From the IMG/VR virus record IMGVR_UViG_3300033998_000198, positions 1 to 64,000 of that record: DNA of 64,000 nt. The stretch is one strand, 5' to 3'. Source of the DNA: a virus. A program made the translations under genes and the position numbers. Positions 8,353 to 17,727 of the stretch are shown here, in pieces. Numbering within the stretch: the first letter of the stretch is position 1; each line of letters opens with the position of its first letter. The notes beneath the pieces are model-generated. The model made no database searches. It saw only the letters and a program-made list of their open reading frames with translations, and was not told the DNA's origin.

Positions 8353-10719
8353 ATGGCATGGGTTGAAGGTTTAACAAATTCACAGCGTATATTGTTTACT
8401 CTTGCCAATATCCTGACTACTGCCAACAAGAAGTTGGTCGTCAAGTATCGTAAGACTGTCAACGGAACACCGACAGACTTTGAACTTACCGAAGTAACTC
8501 CTGGCGTATGGCGGGACCAAGAGGGTAACACAGTAGACATCGCTGAATATACGAAAGTCATGGTTCCCACGAACGAGGTGGACCCGACAAAGAACTGGGA
8601 GGTTGTTTACGCTACAGGCGGAAGCACTGACCTGGCTCAAATGGAGATCAACCTCATGAGTTCCGAAAAGTGGGAAGTAGTAAATGGCTTTGACGCAAAA
8701 CGTGTCATACTCAGGACCGTAACTACTCCAGTAACTGTTAATGCAGGTTATGACGAGTACAATACAGACCCAGATTCAAAGGTCGACAAGATTGAAATGT
8801 TCCTTGAGATCGTCAAGTACAGATATGCTATCAATCCTGAAGAAAACCTTGAGGAAACGGTAGATCCTGTAACCGGCGACTTACTCAAGATGCCAAACAA
8901 CCACTATATCGAAATAAGATATGGTGATAAAATGAAAATTGACAGACAGTATGTTGTAGACAAAGCCACAAGGACCGAACAGCCTGATAAAGCTGTTTAT
9001 AACGGTGTAATCTGCAATGTAACCATAGACGATCAGACACAACAGCCGGTATATACTCCTATAACCGGTGAGGAACTTGATCTCTATGAGATTGTAACAA
9101 TATACGGTAACCAGTTGCTTACCAAGGAAGAAGGCGGACATCCTTCAGAGTATGCTAAATTCTCCTGGTACTTGGATTACAAGGAAGAACTGGTTGACGC
9201 AATGGACGGAGGTCCTTCTCAGGATGACATATCCAAAGGTATCAGGCTGATGCCACAGATTCTAACCGGTATGAGCGAAACCATTCCTATTCAATTCTGG
9301 ATCAACTGTAATAACGACAGAATATCTATGGTTCTCATGGGTGACCCGACAATTGACTACGACCGTTACCTCACATCATTTGCTTATATCGGAAAGATAG
9401 ACAGCTTTGAAGGTGAAGGTGTTGTCAATGATACAGCAGGTAACTTTGCACTTACTGTAGGATCTTCTACGGTTCCGTGTAAACGTCCTAAGCCTTTACA
9501 GGAACCTATTAAAGGTAAGGTTGAAATTCTTGACTTCCAGGCTGAACTCAAGAATGTTCTTGAGGTATCAAAAGCCAATGACAATGGCATAGTAACTATT
9601 GACAAAACTTCACAGTTTGATGCAACAAAGTATGCTGTACAGGGGTATCATGCATTTACTCCCATACCTACATCTACTCCGTCTGCACCTTATACATCTC
9701 CGACGGATTATGTAGATAAGTTCAGAGTCGGATATAAGTTCGTTTCTTACTCAAAAGACGACGAAACAATGCCAAGCAACAACTTTGATTTCGTATATTC
9801 GAAGGCTTTGATTGATGTAAATAATCCTGGTGTAAAAGGTGTATGTATTGACGGTGACACTCGTACAGGTGGTTTCCAGCCAAAGTGGGAGCCTCAACCT
9901 GAAAAAGCCACAGTCATTGACTGCTCGGAAGGAACGTATACATTTACTCTGAAGATTCCAAAACCGGCTAACAGGTTAAGAATCTTTAAGATTGCCAATA
10001 CAGCAAATACCATCATCAATAATCCATCCCCGCCGGCCCCTTATGTATATGGTGCTTTTGAACCTATGTATGAGATAGCAAGCATTGACCTTAGTGTTGC
10101 AACCGGTATTGTTGACAAAGGTGATTACTATGAGTTTACATGGACTGAAACCGACGTTTCTGCTCCTGTAGATACAACTGACAAATCCAAAATGATGCCG
10201 CTTGTCAAGAGTTCAAAGGCTCAAAAATCAGTTGAACGTGACATGGTTCTAAACTTCGTATTGTCAGTTAAATTCCCTGACACATGGGGTGACGAAACTA
10301 CAGCAACCGGTGTAACCGACATATCCATGTTCAAGACTCGTTCCGGAGTTTACAACCAGAGGCACTATGCTTCGTTCATAACTCCTGAAGAATACATGAG
10401 GAAGGATGCATTTAACCCGTCAAGATGGACCGGCAAGTTCCACTTGTCTCCAACTTACGTTGTACATGGTTACGATGGATACAGAGGCTGGCTGAAAGAT
10501 ACAGTAATCGTTGACAACACCAGTATCGTTCACCTGGATGAACTGATTGTTAACAAGGATTCCAAAGATCCTGAAAAACCACAGGAGATATTCAAATACT
10601 TTAAGCTGAATTCTCCGTTCTGCTTCCTTAACAACTCACCTAACTTCAATTACGGTGTTGGTATCCTGAAGTCCAGAAGCTATATCGACAGCCAGGGTAA
10701 CAGGATAGAATTGTACTAA
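8353..10719 (+). CDS. Large virion structural protein (appendage/fibre base)
   Basis: 788 aa, beta-rich, operon context; C-terminal 'GYDGYRGWLKDTVIV...HLDELIV...FKYFKL' block. Confidence 0.5.
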   Translation: MAWVEGLTNSQRILFTLANILTTANKKLVVKYRKTVNGTPTDFELTEVTPGVWRDQEGNTVDIAEYTKVMVPTNEVDPTKNWEVVYATGGSTDLAQMEINLMSSEKWEVVNGFDAKRVILRTVTTPVTVNAGYDEYNTDPDSKVDKIEMFLEIVKYRYAINPEENLEETVDPVTGDLLKMPNNHYIEIRYGDKMKIDRQYVVDKATRTEQPDKAVYNGVICNVTIDDQTQQPVYTPITGEELDLYEIVTIYGNQLLTKEEGGHPSEYAKFSWYLDYKEELVDAMDGGPSQDDISKGIRLMPQILTGMSETIPIQFWINCNNDRISMVLMGDPTIDYDRYLTSFAYIGKIDSFEGEGVVNDTAGNFALTVGSSTVPCKRPKPLQEPIKGKVEILDFQAELKNVLEVSKANDNGIVTIDKTSQFDATKYAVQGYHAFTPIPTSTPSAPYTSPTDYVDKFRVGYKFVSYSKDDETMPSNNFDFVYSKALIDVNNPGVKGVCIDGDTRTGGFQPKWEPQPEKATVIDCSEGTYTFTLKIPKPANRLRIFKIANTANTIINNPSPPAPYVYGAFEPMYEIASIDLSVATGIVDKGDYYEFTWTETDVSAPVDTTDKSKMMPLVKSSKAQKSVERDMVLNFVLSVKFPDTWGDETTATGVTDISMFKTRSGVYNQRHYASFITPEEYMRKDAFNPSRWTGKFHLSPTYVVHGYDGYRGWLKDTVIVDNTSIVHLDELIVNKDSKDPEKPQEIFKYFKLNSPFCFLNNSPNFNYGVGILKSRSYIDSQGNRIELY

Positions 10720-10728
10720 AAAGGATGG

Positions 10729-13700
10729 TTGCCGATGAAACCGATCATATACAATATGACGGTTGGTACAGCAGATCAAAAATTAGTAAAGAATAGTGTT
10801 AGCAGGGCTTATGCCCTGCTTAACACTAAAGTAAAGAATGGCAAGGTCTTCGGCTTCCAGTACCGGTTCTTTAGCCAGTACAAATCACAGGTTGAGGAGG
10901 AATTCTCCAGAGCGGAGAGGCCAATAGATCAACCGTCAAAAGACTTATCCGGACTGATTCAGGCTGAAGATAACACCATATCAAGGACTCATATTCTTAA
11001 CGGCTCCGATTTGGCTGAATCAGCGGTCACAAAACAATATACCATCTTGAATAACATGAAAACAGGAAGCTCTGGGGTCGACAATGACACAGAGTTATTG
11101 TCGTTGTTTAAAGTTTCTGTAAGCGGAACCGATACTGTAGGAGAACATCTGAAGGTATTTGGTAACGCATCAAATCTTGAATCCATAGCTTACGTAGAAC
11201 CTGTATGTATTCAGGCGACACATAGTATTTCAGGAATATCTGAAATATTCCACACAATGGTAGAGGCGATAAATAAAGAATCCGAAGCTATCAGTCAGCA
11301 TGGATTAAAACTCATGGATGAACTTGATAAGCCTCAAGGTTGTATGCTTGATTTTATCCTGATGGATAAAGGAAATGACAACAATTCATTTATCCAAAAA
11401 GGACACAAGTTGATGGTGAATAGCCCTAATCTGTCAAGAATCACGGGTAACAATATTAAGTTTGCAATTGATAGAGCTGAACTGTCTACACTCCTTCTGG
11501 GTCAGCCGAAATTTGGCTATTGGTACGATGACGAAGGCGTTTTCTTCAAAGAACTCATTCGTGCAAATGCAGATAGCGATATCGACGCTAAGTTCTTTGA
11601 CAAGCTGATTGCTGTTGAAAATGCAAATGCCGACAATATCGCACAGATAGATGCTCTGATTAAATATGCATCAAGACAGTATATCAACAGCATGATACCA
11701 AGAGTTACATTCGGAATGGATAGGATACAAAAACATGCTGAAGACTTTGCCGATCTTATTGCATATGACCGTTCCGGGAAGGATAATTCTATTGTTGTTG
11801 AGAAGACTACATTTGCCAACAGGTACGGAAAAGACAGTCTCATTAACACATATAGTCATATATTTTCTGACAGGCAGATGAAGCCGAGTTCTGTCGTTGT
11901 AAACCACATATTGTTCAATAAGCAGCAACGTCCAGGAAGAATAAACGAAGACCATAAAGATACATACAACCGTGGTGAGCAGATGTTAAGACCTGGCCGT
12001 GTTGTCGAAGATGTTAGTATGGTTGACCGTATCAGGAGAGCGGCGGAAATATTCCCTGATAATGTTATTATATACAGTCACAGAATAAACGACGAAGTAT
12101 ACTGGATGAACCCATATATACTTGCCGCCCAAACGTTCCGCCCTATGATGCGTGTTCACAAGGTACAATACGCCGTAACCCAAAACAGGCCGGTATTCAG
12201 ATTGTTTAACGTGTTCGAACCACGTGCAATGACGAAGGTTATATTTTCAGACAGAGCAAATAAGCCTTTTATGATGCTTCGTAGTTTTGAGCCTGCTGAA
12301 CGTCCGGGAAAAGAATGTATCCTGATAGTAGATATGAGGGTTGCTCTAAACAAAGAGGCTATCGCAGAGATCAAAGAAGAAATCAAATTTGCACTTTCAA
12401 ACGAGGCAGAATCAGTTATCATGATAGGGCTGGTTGAATCCGACAACAGGGAGTCAGAATGTGATATCCTTGTTACTGAGATTGCTGACAGTAAAAACAG
12501 CGTCGATGCATCTGTTGATCTGTTATCTGTAGGATGGAGTAAGGCAGAACACCTTACAGAATTCACTAACGTTATAGACGCAGATAGTGACAGGTTTGGA
12601 GAAGCGGTAAAAGCAGTCTTATCATTAGCTATAGACATAAACAAGAAACGTATGGCATTGAAGGAAGGAATACAGGATATAGGTGAAAGTTTTAGACAAC
12701 ATAACACGCCTGCAATGCACAGCGGATATCTTGTACCTCTTGCAAAAGTAAGAGCTTCATTACAGGGGGACAAACTGAGCGGAATTATAGATGCCGATTG
12801 GGACACAGAATGGAATCAGCTCACAAAAATCTATATAGATTCAAAAGACAGAGATGATAGAATCAAGGTTCCAAACGACGATTACAACTATGAGAAGATA
12901 ACTAAGAACCTATACGACCCAGTGACCGGTATTCCGAAAGATCCGATAGGACCAACAAATAAACCAGAGGTACAGGTAAAATTTCCAAATGCTCATTATA
13001 ATCCTAAGTATAAGGATCTATACCGTGAGATTATACCTGTTGACCTATACTGTTATAAAGATATGATGCTCCTAATCTGGATATTCTGGTGTAAACACAG
13101 GTCAAGCGAGAAGGTTCTTGAAACACTAAAAGAGTTTTACCAGACTGAGAATATCGAAATGACGATGATACAGGAATATGCAAAGATCGTACAGTTTGAT
13201 GCATCAAGAGCAATAAATTATGTTCTCGACAATATAAACCAATGGATACAGCGTACAATTGCCTATTTCGACAAGAACAGAATGAAGCAATACGAGAGGA
13301 TTATGAAACAGGTTCGTTGGTTTGGCGAGAAGATAGCCCATGACATGAGTAAATACATTCTTGTGAGAGAGTATGATCCGTTTGACCTTGACAACTCAAC
13401 ATGGGAAGTAAAGAATCATGTGCTTCCGATAGATGGAGAAGTTATGGTTGAGGCGTTTGTGGCAATCGGCGACAAAGTAAGCCTTTATATAAATGACGAA
13501 GTGAAGTTGGAAATTACAGAACCTGGAGTGTACAGGATATCAAATCCAACCAATTCCGAGTACATAAAACCTGCTCCATCAATACCGCTTGAGGCAGGAA
13601 CATATGATATTAAGCTCATTAAATCTGGAACAGGCACAAGCATTATTTATAAGTGTATCGTGAGCAATTCCGTATTTAAGGGAGCCACGATCCGGTACGA

Positions 13701-13821
13701 GGGTGAGCCCGGGAGAGGTGGGCAAGCTATTGATAAACTTCTCCAAATGATGTATGATTATTATGAGATACATCATAAGAACAAGGCCAAAGGACCGAGA
13801 GAATTCTGGATGTGGTCATAA
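10729..13821 (+). CDS. Fibrous virion protein with a periodic central stalk
   Basis: 1030 aa; central region of degenerate ~15-aa units, often ending in DR/NR/RP; globular-looking C-terminus. Confidence 0.45.
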   Translation: MPMKPIIYNMTVGTADQKLVKNSVSRAYALLNTKVKNGKVFGFQYRFFSQYKSQVEEEFSRAERPIDQPSKDLSGLIQAEDNTISRTHILNGSDLAESAVTKQYTILNNMKTGSSGVDNDTELLSLFKVSVSGTDTVGEHLKVFGNASNLESIAYVEPVCIQATHSISGISEIFHTMVEAINKESEAISQHGLKLMDELDKPQGCMLDFILMDKGNDNNSFIQKGHKLMVNSPNLSRITGNNIKFAIDRAELSTLLLGQPKFGYWYDDEGVFFKELIRANADSDIDAKFFDKLIAVENANADNIAQIDALIKYASRQYINSMIPRVTFGMDRIQKHAEDFADLIAYDRSGKDNSIVVEKTTFANRYGKDSLINTYSHIFSDRQMKPSSVVVNHILFNKQQRPGRINEDHKDTYNRGEQMLRPGRVVEDVSMVDRIRRAAEIFPDNVIIYSHRINDEVYWMNPYILAAQTFRPMMRVHKVQYAVTQNRPVFRLFNVFEPRAMTKVIFSDRANKPFMMLRSFEPAERPGKECILIVDMRVALNKEAIAEIKEEIKFALSNEAESVIMIGLVESDNRESECDILVTEIADSKNSVDASVDLLSVGWSKAEHLTEFTNVIDADSDRFGEAVKAVLSLAIDINKKRMALKEGIQDIGESFRQHNTPAMHSGYLVPLAKVRASLQGDKLSGIIDADWDTEWNQLTKIYIDSKDRDDRIKVPNDDYNYEKITKNLYDPVTGIPKDPIGPTNKPEVQVKFPNAHYNPKYKDLYREIIPVDLYCYKDMMLLIWIFWCKHRSSEKVLETLKEFYQTENIEMTMIQEYAKIVQFDASRAINYVLDNINQWIQRTIAYFDKNRMKQYERIMKQVRWFGEKIAHDMSKYILVREYDPFDLDNSTWEVKNHVLPIDGEVMVEAFVAIGDKVSLYINDEVKLEITEPGVYRISNPTNSEYIKPAPSIPLEAGTYDIKLIKSGTGTSIIYKCIVSNSVFKGATIRYEGEPGRGGQAIDKLLQMMYDYYEIHHKNKAKGPREFWMWS

Positions 13822-13857
13822 CATAAACCGCATTAATATATAAGGGGGATAAACAAA

Positions 13858-14247
13858 ATGGCTAATAACAATAAGATGGGAATAGTCCAGTATTGGGTAT
13901 TTAAAAGACCCAAGAACGCCCGTGGAAGAATCATATATGGAGCCGAGCTTGGGGCAACCAAGGACGATTTCGGCCAGATATTCCAGGGTGAGACACTTCT
14001 TATGAACAACGGGGGAACCATAGAACAGCCGTTATCAACAGACCCGACAAACATCCGCAACACTATTGATGTTGCTCCTGATGCTGTGTGGGAACCTATC
14101 ATAGGGCAACCTTGGATTCTTCACTCCGTTCACTTCGGTGTTGACGAAGCCTTGAAAACAGCTAAACCTTTGATTATAGCAAACGGTGAAGATAACGTTA
14201 AGATCTGCAAAATTCTCAGCCACGAAACTATCGTTCAGATGGCGTAG
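13858..14247 (+). CDS. Hypothetical protein
   Basis: 129-aa ORF with GGGGGA RBS. Confidence 0.5.
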   Translation: MANNNKMGIVQYWVFKRPKNARGRIIYGAELGATKDDFGQIFQGETLLMNNGGTIEQPLSTDPTNIRNTIDVAPDAVWEPIIGQPWILHSVHFGVDEALKTAKPLIIANGEDNVKICKILSHETIVQMA

Positions 14248-14262
14248 TAGGAGGAGATATAT

Positions 14263-15435
14263 ATGCCAAGACTTGAAAGAGCAAGAACTGGCGATATATT
14301 CTTCGATGACTTCGATGGACCTACATTGGACGAGAGATGGGTTGTCACCCCATCTCTCGCTTCAAGATATTCACTGTCCGAAAGACCAGGGTATCTTCGT
14401 GTAAAACATGCAGAGTCTTCAACGTACATACTTACTGATATACCTGCCACTAATGAAATGCTGTTTGAGATCAAGAATGATTACAAACCGGTTGTTTCAA
14501 ATGACATTGGCGGTATTGTTGTATATAAGACATCAACAGACAGGGTTGAACTTATAGAATACTATGATCCGATTCTTGATGCAACGAGGAATTATCTTTA
14601 TGTAAGGATGTATAAGAGCGGAGATGTGTTCGATGGATATGGTTCACAGGACGGTATACTGTGGGAGCTTATTGGTAGTGCAAGAATCGAAGATGCAGTT
14701 AAGATCGGTATAGTGTTAAACGGAGTCCCGAATGTGCTTTCTGTTCCTTTGGATGTAGAATATGCAGCTATGTATTCTGACAGGTTTATCTATGTTGAGA
14801 ATCTTGAAGAAGGAATGATTACTAAACTGTTTGACAAGGATAATAACCTGATTGAGGAACAAACAGTACAACCAGGGTTCTCTGTCGTGAAGTTCGATAT
14901 GTTCTCACGTCTATTGCCGTTTGAAGGTTACATCGAATTATATTCGCCGTCTAATGTCCTGCTATACAAGACACCATGCGAACGGCTTTACCCGGGCGAC
15001 GAATTCCAGTACATCATGAATATTGATGTTCGGTTTCAACGAAGGGTGTTTGTCGTTGAATATGATAGTTACGGAACACCTGTATCCAAGCCAAAGTTTA
15101 TCAGTAATGTTGATCTTGAATTGGACCAGGTTACTCACATTGGCGACATGGAAGGTGCTTATGTTGAGGGTATTCTGACAATCAAGAATCTTGATGCTGA
15201 AGACATTATAAACCTTGAAGCGTCGATAGGTCTGTATAGTGAACTGTATGGGACCGGAATGATTCAACTTGCACTTGATAATTACGGAGAACCAGGAAAC
15301 TACCAGGACAAGGTAATCATCAATGTGCCGGCAGGAAGTAGTACAAACATATGGATTAAGATATCGGCTACGTCAATACCGACATTGTCGAAGTACGATG
15401 TGTTCAAATATAAACTCGTATTAAAGAATGTTTAG
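14263..15435 (+). CDS. Concanavalin A-like lectin/glucanase-fold adhesion protein
   Basis: 'FFDDFDGPTLDERW...YSLSERPGYLRVKH...GGIVVY...YVRMYKSGDVFDGYGSQDGILWELIG' resembles beta-xylosidase C-terminal ConA-like domains. Confidence 0.65.
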   Translation: MPRLERARTGDIFFDDFDGPTLDERWVVTPSLASRYSLSERPGYLRVKHAESSTYILTDIPATNEMLFEIKNDYKPVVSNDIGGIVVYKTSTDRVELIEYYDPILDATRNYLYVRMYKSGDVFDGYGSQDGILWELIGSARIEDAVKIGIVLNGVPNVLSVPLDVEYAAMYSDRFIYVENLEEGMITKLFDKDNNLIEEQTVQPGFSVVKFDMFSRLLPFEGYIELYSPSNVLLYKTPCERLYPGDEFQYIMNIDVRFQRRVFVVEYDSYGTPVSKPKFISNVDLELDQVTHIGDMEGAYVEGILTIKNLDAEDIINLEASIGLYSELYGTGMIQLALDNYGEPGNYQDKVIINVPAGSSTNIWIKISATSIPTLSKYDVFKYKLVLKNV

Positions 15436-15449
15436 AGGGGGTGTAAGAA

Positions 15450-16739
15450 GTGATAAGGTTAATGAGATACGGAATTACCGATATGGAAAGTTCCGTTATT
15501 AGTCATAATCTTTTGGTTGATCGTGAAACACCAAACCAACACCCTATCGAAGCAATATCCGGTCTTAGGCTTGAACTGAATGAGAAATATGTAAAACCCA
15601 ATACTGGAATCCCGATATCGGATATGGGCTATAACCCCGCAACACAGGAAGGGCTGATAGCGTTAAGTAATGAGGTTGATGCCAGAATGATTATTCTGAA
15701 CAGCGACCTTACTTCTGTTACAACACATGTAAACGCAATACAGGACTTTCTGAATAATATATTTAAAGATCAAACAACCGGTGTCCCTGGAAACCCTGTT
15801 ATCAATTTCGCTTATCGCAATGGTTTCAGGGAGGAATTCATTTCTGAAGAAGGAGACACCGATTTTTATTTAATCAATACCTTTATCGCAGACGGAAAAC
15901 ATCTAAAGGTATATCGTGACGGTGAATTGCTTGTTCCTGGCGTAGATTATGACGAAGTATCAGACAACAAGGTTGTCTTCAAATATCCTCTTGAAAGTGA
16001 TATTTATTTGTCGTTTATCTGCGAGTCAATGTCTATTGTGGTTTCTCCAATACATGAGGAAATTATAAGCATTGCAAACCAGACAGAATTTACGTTGAAG
16101 AACACCTACAAACCCGGCGATAACGTAATGAACATATTCGTTCAGGGGTTAAGGCTTGAATGCGGGACAGATTATGAAGAAGTCAATCCTTCCACGATAC
16201 GTCTGCTAAGACCACCGTATAGTCCCGGTACAAAACTTATCTTCCGTCAGGAGGGTGTTCAGAATGCCGGAACAGTGTTGTACCATGAAAAAGATTACCA
16301 GCAGAAGACATGGAAATTAAATTATATAGCCGAAAAGAACCAGAGGCGTTTTAATCTTACCGAATCATATATTCCAGGAACAAATATGATTAACGTGTTT
16401 GTCCAGGGGTTGCTTCAATGGCCTGGAGTTGATTTTGACTATGTTGAAATTGACGACAAGACCATAGAGTTTAATTATGAATTGGAAGAAGGAGAGAACG
16501 TATCGGTAGTATGTACGGCAGCTCTATATAATTGGTCAGAACGTTTTGTGTCATTGCAGGGGCAGACAATATATGAATTACAAAACGTTTATTATACCGG
16601 CAGAGATGATATCCTCGTCTATGAGAACGGAATACAGTTAACAGAAGGCGACGATTATATAGAGATAAGCAACAGGGCAATAGAACTTGTTGAAGCCCCT
16701 CCTGTGGGGTCAAAGATAACTGTATTAAAAAGGAGGTAG
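15450..16739 (+). CDS. Fibre/appendage protein with four tandem ~68-aa beta domains
   Basis: Four copies of F..x.GQT.F.L...Y..G...l.Vy.nG..l..G.DY.E.....i.f; N-terminal 'NQHPIEAISGL' fibre motif. Confidence 0.65.
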   Translation: MIRLMRYGITDMESSVISHNLLVDRETPNQHPIEAISGLRLELNEKYVKPNTGIPISDMGYNPATQEGLIALSNEVDARMIILNSDLTSVTTHVNAIQDFLNNIFKDQTTGVPGNPVINFAYRNGFREEFISEEGDTDFYLINTFIADGKHLKVYRDGELLVPGVDYDEVSDNKVVFKYPLESDIYLSFICESMSIVVSPIHEEIISIANQTEFTLKNTYKPGDNVMNIFVQGLRLECGTDYEEVNPSTIRLLRPPYSPGTKLIFRQEGVQNAGTVLYHEKDYQQKTWKLNYIAEKNQRRFNLTESYIPGTNMINVFVQGLLQWPGVDFDYVEIDDKTIEFNYELEEGENVSVVCTAALYNWSERFVSLQGQTIYELQNVYYTGRDDILVYENGIQLTEGDDYIEISNRAIELVEAPPVGSKITVLKRR

Positions 16740-16744
16740 GCTAC

Positions 16745-17725
16745 GTGAGCAGCAGAACAAAGATAGGTGGAAACCGAATAGCCGATAAGACAATCCGTAC
16801 TGCTCATCTTGCTGATGACTTCATCATTCCGGAAAGAATGGTATTGCTCGAACATCCTACCCATGCCCATCCGAACAAATCGGTTCTCGATATCATCAAG
16901 AACTCGAACCCGGAACTGGTTAAGATAATCGACCTGAAAGATATTTTGCTAACCATTACAGAAGTAGCTGAGGCCAGGGAGCAGGGAAAGACTCTTGCAA
17001 ATACCATAGCAGGTAAAGCACCGAAAGATGTAGTTGATAGCTTTACAAAAGAGGTGCAGGAAGCAAGAGGAGATTTCGCATCACTGTCTGAAGCTCTCAG
17101 GGTTGTTATAACAGAAGCACAGCAGATTATAGATGCACACGCCGGTGTGAAATCTCATCAGGAATTGGATCTTTTATATGCTGAAATACAATCAGCACGT
17201 GGAATATATGAGAGCCTCGGATCAAGACTTGACAATATACTTGGTGGAGGCGGCAGCGGAAACACAAATGTGTCAATGATTACCCCTTGGACATTCAGGG
17301 TAACACTTACAGCCGGCCAGACTGTTATTGATCTTCCTAACTCATATACCGTAGGTGCCAATAATCTTCAGGTATTTGAAGGGCCTACACTACTGTATCC
17401 CGGGAGTGACAATGACTATGTAGAAACATCACCGACACAGATTACACTCAATTATGAACTTCCTGAAGGTACAGAGTTATATATTACAGGCACAGGGTCG
17501 GGAAGATTGTTTGAATGGGTTCTCTACATGATAAGTGAAGACAATCAAATGGAGATCAATTTCATTGATACATACCGTCCAGGTGAAAGGGACCTGATGA
17601 TTTATGAAGATGGCTTGTTGCTTCAACCCGGCAATGACTATGAAGAAGTCGACGACCGTACCGTGCGAATGACAATACCATTCGCCGCTCAAAGCAATAT
17701 AGCAGTATTCAAAAGGAGGTACTAA
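16745..17725 (+). CDS. Fibre protein (segmented coiled coil plus two beta repeat domains)
   Basis: Two 'ARG.....L..rL' hinge motifs, a GGGGSG linker and two copies of the ~68-aa repeat. Confidence 0.6.
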   Translation: MSSRTKIGGNRIADKTIRTAHLADDFIIPERMVLLEHPTHAHPNKSVLDIIKNSNPELVKIIDLKDILLTITEVAEAREQGKTLANTIAGKAPKDVVDSFTKEVQEARGDFASLSEALRVVITEAQQIIDAHAGVKSHQELDLLYAEIQSARGIYESLGSRLDNILGGGGSGNTNVSMITPWTFRVTLTAGQTVIDLPNSYTVGANNLQVFEGPTLLYPGSDNDYVETSPTQITLNYELPEGTELYITGTGSGRLFEWVLYMISEDNQMEINFIDTYRPGERDLMIYEDGLLLQPGNDYEEVDDRTVRMTIPFAAQSNIAVFKRRY

Positions 17726-17727
17726 AA

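Noticed and set aside
12156-12806. 216-aa minus-strand ORF, and the other short minus-strand ORFs
   Set aside because: They lie entirely within long + strand genes and have the Ser/Ile/Leu-rich composition typical of antisense frames.
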